Assembly: GCA_046861385.1 (NCBI GenBank)
Contig: JBHHTW010000013.1
Span: forward strand, 1-57,968
Source of the DNA: Fidelibacterota bacterium
Lineage (GTDB): Bacteria; Fidelibacterota; Marinisomatia; Marinisomatales; TCS55
Direction of reading: 5' to 3'
Length of the DNA: 57,968 nt
The notes below the pieces were generated by a model. It was given only the letters and a program-made list of their open reading frames with translations, made no database searches and was not told where the DNA came from. Positions 50,653 through 57,968 of this stretch are shown in pieces. Both the position numbers and the translations under genes were made by a program. Position 1 is the stretch's first letter. Each line of letters starts with the position of its first letter.

Positions 50653-51528
50653 TTATAATCCAAAATAAAACATGGTTCGTATCGCTAATCCTTGTAAAGT
50701 TGATTTTGGAGAATCTGCAATTTGTTTTCGGTCATTTAGTTTCCATTTTCCGGCACCAATGGTTCCCTGATTATAGCCAAGGCTCATACGGAGTCCGACT
50801 CTGTCCATGATTTGCCATTTAACGGCTATATAGGGTTGGAAATTAAAAAAAGTGCCGCTCAAATCAGTCAGCCCTCCGCTTTTATTAACTGGAGTTAACT
50901 TATTGTCATAGTAGTTTGAATTAAAACTGGAATCATTTGGAATTTCATAATAAACGTTACCATCTTGAACGGTACCATACAAATTGGAATAAAAATCATT
51001 CCACTTAGCTTCTCCCGTATATTGGTCAATGCTCACGTTCACCCGGCCGATTCCCAGCATAGCACCGCCGGAAATCTCCAGATCCCGGAAAACAGGTACA
51101 ACATATTCCAATAAAACAGCGCCAAGTGTAAATGAAAATTTGGCTGTTACTGTTGATTGAGAAATCACAGGTCCAACAGTATCGCTTTCAGTCTGAATAC
51201 CAAGAGAATCATTCATTTCCTTATATAAATATGTATCCATAATATTGCTGATACTGGAAGAACCGATACCGGCGTATCCACCCAGACGCCATCTTCCGGA
51301 TATTTGCGTAAATCCCTCTCCGCCATGAATAATGAAGGGGCTGTTAAAATTATTAGTATTTAAGCCCATTTTTGTCATGAGGGAAGAACCCGGAATAGAG
51401 TCCAAAGACAGGTATGTGGGACTGTAACCGATCCCGCCGCCGTAATAATCCTGGATTGGATAAAAATCGCTTTGGGCGAAAAGCAATAGTGGAATTAATT
51501 GGATAATTAGAATTTTAATTTTCTTCAT
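50653..51528 (-). CDS. Putative outer-membrane beta-barrel protein, unknown function
   Basis: Signal peptide (MKKIKIL..LFA), Gly/aromatic amphipathic strands, C-terminal 'IRTMFYFGL'. Confidence 0.6.
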   Translation of the reverse strand: MKKIKILIIQLIPLLLFAQSDFYPIQDYYGGGIGYSPTYLSLDSIPGSSLMTKMGLNTNNFNSPFIIHGGEGFTQISGRWRLGGYAGIGSSSISNIMDTYLYKEMNDSLGIQTESDTVGPVISQSTVTAKFSFTLGAVLLEYVVPVFRDLEISGGAMLGIGRVNVSIDQYTGEAKWNDFYSNLYGTVQDGNVYYEIPNDSSFNSNYYDNKLTPVNKSGGLTDLSGTFFNFQPYIAVKWQIMDRVGLRMSLGYNQGTIGAGKWKLNDRKQIADSPKSTLQGLAIRTMFYFGL

Positions 51529-51790
51529 ACTATACTCGTTATAAGACTGCATCGCATCGTCCAATTTAGTCTTCTACTCTTTAAATTTGGAAAGGAAATA
51601 TTGCGCCGAATTTAGACAATTCTGAATGTAAAATAGGGCCTTTTCCTTGTATTTTTCGAGGGTGAAAGTCTATATTCCCATTCAGTAGATGTAGATGAAT
51701 ATAGCTTATTCTGCGTTTTAGCAGAGCGAGCAATCATCTTTATAAAGTAAAACGACAATCGAGGTAAGGATTAATAGGAAGAAAGACATT

Positions 51791-53833
51791 ATGAAAAGTG
51801 GAATCATTTTTACCATTTTTCTTCATTTTGTACTCTATTCCGAGCATATGTTTGTAAAAGGCACATTTGATTTTGATCAAGATGGCAGGAGCGAAATATT
51901 GCTGTTTAATGAAAGCCGTCTTCGTTTTGTGGAAATAGATGACGAAGGTCAACATCAATTGCTTTGGGGACTGACTCCGGAATATTATTCCATTAAGGAT
52001 GCGTTTATAGTTGATTTACAAAACAATGGAATTAACGATTTAATTGTATTGACAGAATATTCTCCGGATTTCCTTTCGAAAAACACAGAATGGCTAAAAC
52101 TATTTTCCTGGAGCCAATCCCAATTTGAATTAGTTGATGTTGAATTAATCAAAAATAAATTGATGCATCCAAATAATGGTGATTATGAGTCAACCTCCAG
52201 AAGGCTTTCCATTGCCTTTGGGAATCCTTCCAGAACAGTTTTCTTTGTGCAGTTTAATGATGGCGGCACCACCGATACAATCAATGTTCAATTACCTCAA
52301 AGTTTACATAATGGCATTGGACATCTATTTGCGCGTTTTATGAATGTTGACGGCGAATCCCACTTGGCAGTGTTTTCCAACGAAGGTAATTTATTAAATA
52401 CTGGTTTGTTTAAATTGGAAAAGGAACCGGTGATCATCGCAGAAAAATCACTCCCATTGAATAACGCCACCAACTTACCTGGACCAGCCATTTATAAAAC
52501 CGATTTAGATGGAGATCACACAGACGAATTACAACTGCCGTTTATGAACGGAGTAGTACAAACTCTGGCTTTCGTGGACAATAATCTCACGTTGACTTTA
52601 AGTAAATTTAGCAGGAAAGAATTGTTTGTAGTTCCTGAGACCGCCTCCGCGGAAACGATCAATAACGTTTTAATATCCCGGGTAGAATCCGGATTAATGA
52701 GTCAGCGCATTTCCGACGGTGTAGAATTGGAATCTATTGTTATTATTCCCAATGACACCTTATATCTCGGTGATACCTTATTTTATAGGGCGGTTGCGGG
52801 TACCGGAAGCGGTTTTTATAGTTTTCACTGGTTAAGCCCTCCTCCTGTCGGAGCGCGTTTCGATCCTACAACCGGTCTGATAACATGGGCGCCTTCACGA
52901 AGCCAACTCGGAATTCATGAATTTAAATATTTTGCTGAAAAAAGCCTGAAAGATGAATTGATTTCAGATGTTGATCTTTTTGGAGATCGTTACCGCATGG
53001 TCCCCGTTATTGAGGAAAATGAACAAGTATATGCAGTGATCGTAAATGATACTGCAAAAACTCAAATTGTGTATAATCCGCCCAGAGATGAACCATATAT
53101 GATTATGGTTCAGACCACTGAAAAAAAAGAAGGTAAAAAACGATTTATCTTTAACGGGGTACCCTCTTTTCATGTAATAGTAAAAGAATTTCCACATCCA
53201 AATTATTTCCAGATTTCCCACTCAATTTCTGCAAATCTTGGTAGTGTGGAAAAAAATAAATCAGTAAACTTTTCTTATTCATCATCCAATCAAGATAGTA
53301 TCATAAATTTGATGAAGCTCATTATCAATCATGACCTTAATAAAAATACAATTCAAGCCCGAATAGAACCTTCATTGGATACGACAACTATCAGCTTGAA
53401 TCCGGAGAATTGGAAATCTGAATTGCAGACATATCCCGAGTATCATTTTAATGGATTTCCTGAGTCAATGCGCCTTGGAGAGTCTGACAAAGGTATTTCG
53501 TTATACGAAAATGAAAATAATCAAACATCCAATCAATCTTCTTTCATATCAATCCTGACTCCGAATGGAGGACACACACACACGATCTCTATCGAGATGT
53601 CAGAGATGGAATTATGGAATATTAGAGGAGATGTAACGGTAGACAGCTCCGGCGGGAAAAGAATCAGGACCTCAATGACGTTTTCCGGAGAATTTGATCT
53701 TTTGAGTGTAAGCGCAGAAACAAACGTTGAGATGGACTCTCTCAATCAAATAAGAGAAATGAAATTCAAGAGACTGGAATATTTAGGTGTTGAAAGTGTT
53801 GTTGTAGATTCCGGCGGAGCAGAAATGCAATGA
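51791..53833 (+). CDS. Secreted FG-GAP/VCBS-repeat protein with putative Ig (He_PIG/cadherin-like) domain
   Basis: 'DFDQDG..E', 'DL.NNGINDL', 'DLDGD.TDEL'; 'PP.GARFDPTTGLITWAP...QLG.H.F'. Confidence 0.7.
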   Translation: MKSGIIFTIFLHFVLYSEHMFVKGTFDFDQDGRSEILLFNESRLRFVEIDDEGQHQLLWGLTPEYYSIKDAFIVDLQNNGINDLIVLTEYSPDFLSKNTEWLKLFSWSQSQFELVDVELIKNKLMHPNNGDYESTSRRLSIAFGNPSRTVFFVQFNDGGTTDTINVQLPQSLHNGIGHLFARFMNVDGESHLAVFSNEGNLLNTGLFKLEKEPVIIAEKSLPLNNATNLPGPAIYKTDLDGDHTDELQLPFMNGVVQTLAFVDNNLTLTLSKFSRKELFVVPETASAETINNVLISRVESGLMSQRISDGVELESIVIIPNDTLYLGDTLFYRAVAGTGSGFYSFHWLSPPPVGARFDPTTGLITWAPSRSQLGIHEFKYFAEKSLKDELISDVDLFGDRYRMVPVIEENEQVYAVIVNDTAKTQIVYNPPRDEPYMIMVQTTEKKEGKKRFIFNGVPSFHVIVKEFPHPNYFQISHSISANLGSVEKNKSVNFSYSSSNQDSIINLMKLIINHDLNKNTIQARIEPSLDTTTISLNPENWKSELQTYPEYHFNGFPESMRLGESDKGISLYENENNQTSNQSSFISILTPNGGHTHTISIEMSEMELWNIRGDVTVDSSGGKRIRTSMTFSGEFDLLSVSAETNVEMDSLNQIREMKFKRLEYLGVESVVVDSGGAEMQ

Positions 53834-56800
53834 TGAAGATTATCATACGGTTTTTATTGATGTTCAGCCTTCTTTTTGGAGCAGACCTTAAAATTATTCA
53901 CATGGAAGGAACCTTCGATTTGGACCAGGACGGTCTTTTTGAATTTGGGGCGGTTGAGGTCGGCCGGGAAAATGGATATTCTATTTCCATGCTGAGATAT
54001 TATGAAATTGACGGAGACGGATATCAGCAGCTTAACTGGGAATTAGCAGCCCCGGATGGTCTTTTGGGTAATTTTGTTGGAATAAAACTCGGTGATCTAA
54101 ATGGCGACGGTATGCCGGAACTCATAACCGTTATGAATCTGACGGACGGAACAGAAGAGCAAATACTGCATCCAATTGTTTTTTATTATTCCTGGGATGG
54201 CGCCGGCTTCAGTGAAGAGCCTACCGGTTCACTAAATTTATCCGAGCAAAACACCTTTCTTCGCTGCCACAATTTTGTTTTACTGGATAGAGACAATGAC
54301 GATGACCAGGAATTACTGGTTTCCTTAGGCAGTCCCGTACGGGGCTTGGCGATTGTGGATATCAATAGGAATGGTGAATTGGAAATAACCACACGTTTGG
54401 AACCTGAATCGATGCGATTTGGATCGGGCTTTGTTTATGGTGGAGTGATTGACTTTAATCGCGATGGTTATGATGACATTATTAGTTTCAGCCCAGAAGG
54501 GAATGTGATGAAAGCACAGCCATTTTTAAATAAAAAAGGTGTTTTTATTGAATCAAAAGCTGTCGTTAAAACCATTCCAGGGATAAACAGTTTCATCAAT
54601 AATTCTATCACTTTAACCGATTGGGACAGTGATGGTTTTGCGGATGTTATCGTTCCTTTTCAGAGCGGTCATTTGGTTGCTCTCACGTTGTCCGATGCCG
54701 GTTTGGATATTGATGAAATTGACAATGACGCCGGTCCGCTCTCTGATGTGCGCGCGGCGGATTTTAATCATGACGGTTTTAGTGATTTACTATTGGTCTC
54801 TGGTGAGATGAATATGATTACCCTTTCATTCGGAGCAAAAACGCCGGATGAAAAAAGTGAAAAATATTTTACGCTTACGGTAGACTCTGCGGAAGTCCAG
54901 GTGTTTTCTACTCTTCCAATGATAACCAATAGAATATATTCCGGAACGTCAATTGCTTCCGGTTGGGATGGAGAAACCACATCTATCTTTTTGACCGATC
55001 TTGGTTTATCTCCTCCTGTGGAGCCACCTTCTGTGCAAGATACTTTGGTTGAACCTGTGGATCTCTTAGAACTATTTCCTGAAATCGTTGGCATGGATTT
55101 GGGGGGCAAGGGGATCAAACCCATCAAGTCTATAGGACAACCCCTTCCGGCTGGAATTCTTCCCAGGCACGTTTTACCCGTCGATCAGCTGTTTGTCTAT
55201 TCCATTCCGGAAGATGAAGCGGAAAAATTTTATAGTTTCCGTTGGTTGATACCACCGCCAAAAGGCATGTTTTTCCATTACGAAACACGATCTATTCAAT
55301 GGGTTCCGGACGGAGAACAATTAGGCGCGTACAAATTATCCTATCATGTCGAAATGAAAACCAGCGAAAAGGTGGAATTGGAATCTGTGGACGAAGATTC
55401 ATTATTAACTTATAAAGTAGTTCCACAGCTGGAGGGATATGATGAGAGATTGTGGATATACGTCAATGATCCACCGGAATTTATTTCGGAACCCATGGAA
55501 ACGGAATTTGTGGCACAATCTTTATTCACTTATCAACCGGTCATCAACGACAATAATTCCGATGCGAATATTCAGATAAATTTAGAAACAGGTCCTGACG
55601 GAATGGAAATGGATTCCTCCGGCGCCTTGTACTGGCAGACAGACAGCAGTCATGTGAATATTTATCATGTACGTTTAACTGCCACTGATGGCTTTGACAG
55701 AACAGTTCAGGAATTTCAATTATTTGCCCGTGCGGGCGTGAAAATACTTTCGGAACCGGATTCCATCATTCGGGTGAATGAATTGTTTAAATATCAGGTG
55801 GCTGTATGGCGGCCGGAACTGGACCAGGAATTAAAATACATCCTGCTTCATCACCCGGAAGGAATGTCATTATCTAAATCTGGATTGATTGAATGGACAC
55901 CGTCTGAAACACAAATTGATACACAGAATTTCGCTGTCATCGCGAACCACGGCGTTGCAGCTGATACACAGAACGTTGTTTTATATGTAAATCATCCGCC
56001 GATTGTAGAACGGGCGCCCCCATTAATGAATGTAGTAAATTTGGGATATGTATGGGATTTCCAGTTGGAAGTGACGGATCCCAATATGAATAATACGCTC
56101 ACATTCACCGCGATAGAGATGCCCGAAAGTATGCGTATGGACCCATTTACCGGTCGCCTCCGCTGGGAGCCCGCAAGAAACGAAATGGACTTTGGTCATT
56201 TAAAATTAGAGGTGGATGACGGATATGATGTCCGTACGATCGAGTCAGATTTCTTTATTAATTCTCCTATTAAAATTGTTTCCATCCCCTTGATGAAGGC
56301 AACAGTAGGAGAAGAATATAAATACAAAATTATGACAACAGATCTGAATAAAGGGACACTTTTACCCTATGATCATATTGTAAAATTGAACGATATAGAA
56401 AAAGCCAAAATATATTCTGTAAATATTGCTGACGATGTATATAAGGAAAATGTGGATCGATACGTTGGTGAGTGGAATGCCGCAGAGGAGGTTTATCTCA
56501 CTAGCCAGGGAGAAATGGAATCGGAAGAATTCAGCAGGTTAAACCTGAAGCATTATGTCCATTCAATCTTCTGGGAGGATGACCGGCTTGTGATTGTTAT
56601 TGAAGAAAAAGATGATAGGATCGTCAATATTAAGGATGTGTTGTGGGAGTTTTTCCAAGGCTCAAAAGGTAAACCGCCAAAAGTGATTGTTGAGCGCTTG
56701 AGTCCGGTACGATATACATTGGAGGAATTTCCCGATGGGATGGAAGTGGACGAGTTTAACGGCACTCTTCACTGGACTCCGGGAAAAGATCAATACGACA

Positions 56801-57492
56801 ATTTCTCCATCAAATTGGTGATTTCGGATGGTTACACAAAAGATGAACAGTCCTTTGAACTCTATGTAAATCATCCCGCTACCATTGTATCCCAGCCTCC
56901 GAAGCTGGCGCTTGTGGAAGAACTGTATAAATATCAGGTTCAGGTTGAAGACAAGAACCAGGACGCCGATCTCCATTATGAATTAGTTAAGGGACCCCAG
57001 GGCATGCAGATGTCCAACACGGGCAAGGTGGTTTGGATACCTAAATCTTCACAAATTAATAAGCATGAGTTTACAATTTCAATCTCGGATGGATATCATG
57101 ATGACACCCAAACGGGACGCATCAACGTTAATATACCGCCCACTATTATTTCGACCCCAAAACCTGTAGGTTTGACCGGGTACGAATATCGATACCGCGT
57201 GGTGGCTGAGGATTTGAATAATGATAAAATTAAGTTTCGGTCTGTTCGTCTTCCGAAATACGCTTCATTTAATAAAAAGACCGGTTCTTTTAAATGGCGC
57301 CCCCGGAATAACCAGGTGGGTCCTCACGATATTATTATTACCGCCATCGATGAACGGGGAGCCGCAACAACCCATAAATTTCAGGTTCATGTATTTGAAA
57401 ACCCAGACGCCCGCCGTTTTGTAAATACCGGCTGGCCCCTGATGCTCACCTTTGTGGGGGTCATGTTCGCCTGGGGAGTGGCTCAGTTCTGA
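53830..57492 (+). CDS. Large membrane-anchored surface protein: FG-GAP repeats, tandem putative Ig/cadherin-like domains, C-terminal TM
   Basis: 'GDLNGDGMPEL', 'DFNRDGYDD', 'DWDSDGFAD', 'DFNHDGFSD'; repeated 'P.GM....G...W.P' and 'VN.PP' units; terminal hydrophobic helix; ATGA-coupled to upstream paralog. Confidence 0.8.
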   Translation: MMKIIIRFLLMFSLLFGADLKIIHMEGTFDLDQDGLFEFGAVEVGRENGYSISMLRYYEIDGDGYQQLNWELAAPDGLLGNFVGIKLGDLNGDGMPELITVMNLTDGTEEQILHPIVFYYSWDGAGFSEEPTGSLNLSEQNTFLRCHNFVLLDRDNDDDQELLVSLGSPVRGLAIVDINRNGELEITTRLEPESMRFGSGFVYGGVIDFNRDGYDDIISFSPEGNVMKAQPFLNKKGVFIESKAVVKTIPGINSFINNSITLTDWDSDGFADVIVPFQSGHLVALTLSDAGLDIDEIDNDAGPLSDVRAADFNHDGFSDLLLVSGEMNMITLSFGAKTPDEKSEKYFTLTVDSAEVQVFSTLPMITNRIYSGTSIASGWDGETTSIFLTDLGLSPPVEPPSVQDTLVEPVDLLELFPEIVGMDLGGKGIKPIKSIGQPLPAGILPRHVLPVDQLFVYSIPEDEAEKFYSFRWLIPPPKGMFFHYETRSIQWVPDGEQLGAYKLSYHVEMKTSEKVELESVDEDSLLTYKVVPQLEGYDERLWIYVNDPPEFISEPMETEFVAQSLFTYQPVINDNNSDANIQINLETGPDGMEMDSSGALYWQTDSSHVNIYHVRLTATDGFDRTVQEFQLFARAGVKILSEPDSIIRVNELFKYQVAVWRPELDQELKYILLHHPEGMSLSKSGLIEWTPSETQIDTQNFAVIANHGVAADTQNVVLYVNHPPIVERAPPLMNVVNLGYVWDFQLEVTDPNMNNTLTFTAIEMPESMRMDPFTGRLRWEPARNEMDFGHLKLEVDDGYDVRTIESDFFINSPIKIVSIPLMKATVGEEYKYKIMTTDLNKGTLLPYDHIVKLNDIEKAKIYSVNIADDVYKENVDRYVGEWNAAEEVYLTSQGEMESEEFSRLNLKHYVHSIFWEDDRLVIVIEEKDDRIVNIKDVLWEFFQGSKGKPPKVIVERLSPVRYTLEEFPDGMEVDEFNGTLHWTPGKDQYDNFSIKLVISDGYTKDEQSFELYVNHPATIVSQPPKLALVEELYKYQVQVEDKNQDADLHYELVKGPQGMQMSNTGKVVWIPKSSQINKHEFTISISDGYHDDTQTGRINVNIPPTIISTPKPVGLTGYEYRYRVVAEDLNNDKIKFRSVRLPKYASFNKKTGSFKWRPRNNQVGPHDIIITAIDERGAATTHKFQVHVFENPDARRFVNTGWPLMLTFVGVMFAWGVAQF

Positions 57493-57906
57493 TATTGAAT
57501 CTTATTAAAGAATTCAATCTAACAACCGCTTTTCGTCTTCAACATTGAGGGAGGCATTCACCGGTAAGGCAAAGGCAGGCAATGCGCTTAACGATTTGAG
57601 CTTTCCAACGGGAGTAGTAAATAGTTCCTTTATTTTGACTCCGTTAGAAGTCAAATATTTATCATAATACTATAAATATTCCCCGCGGGATTAATAAACC
57701 AAAAACATAAATCAGTCTACTATAAAAATAAAAAATGCGGTCGGAAAAGCGGTGACCCTTTGACCTATTTTACAGAACATTTTTAGACTTGCCCCGGGAA
57801 AATGGTAGCTTCAGGTAGATACATTATTTTATTTAATGGAAATAATAACGGGAAATTGATTTACATTAGTAAAAAAGTAATATATATTAGATAAAATTTT
57901 ATCCTT

Positions 57907-57968
57907 ATGGAAAAGACTAAAGTAATATTTATTTGCACCGGTAATTCATGCCGCTCTCAAATAGCCGA
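57907..57968 (+). CDS. arsC: Arsenate reductase / LMW-PTP family, 5' fragment (truncated by window)
   Basis: ATG at 57907 reads MEKTKVIFICTGNSCRSQIA, the CTGNSCRS P-loop signature; absent from the ORF track because it is truncated. Confidence 0.8.
   Translation, partial: MEKTKVIFICTGNSCRSQIA

Noticed and set aside
57634-57655. Palindrome TTTGACT-N8-AGTCAAA as an operator for arsC
   Set aside because: Single short palindrome about 250 nt upstream with no cognate regulator in the window.

Overview
Gene-dense, AT-rich bacterial chromosomal segment with no rRNA, tRNA, CRISPR, IS or prophage that I can recognise. Gene style (Bacteroidota-like sdhCAB and exbB-exbD-exbD-tonB) suggests an FCB-group organism, possibly Marinimicrobia; this is inference only. 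Contents in order: MATE transporter end, methyltransferase, M16 protease, DHFR-like protein, SRPBCC-like protein, a NarL-type two-component pair with a divergent promoter/terminator unit (candidate sRNA), penicillin acylase-GDPD-rhodanese, an 11-gene de novo purine cluster (purA-L-M-Q-C-E-B-F-D-N-H, with a probable PurQ-PurS-PurS fusion, class II PurE, no purK, and a repeat family behind stop codons), Na+/solute symporter, ALDH, AKR, Smr protein, glutamate-cysteine ligase, sdhCAB, Ton system, S41 protease, an outer-membrane barrel, two paralogous FG-GAP/Ig-repeat surface proteins and the start of an arsC-like gene. The standout is a promoter-to-terminator operon at about 33.9-41.5 kb. It joins three envelope proteins (two with TPRs, one of them with a YjbH-like barrel) to a PomAB-like stator, a truncated FliF-like ring protein (RBM3 only, signal peptide, long coiled coil) and a FliG with a degenerate FliM-binding motif. 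No export, rod, hook, filament, switch or chemotaxis genes are in the window, so it is a candidate flagellum-independent rotary envelope machine.
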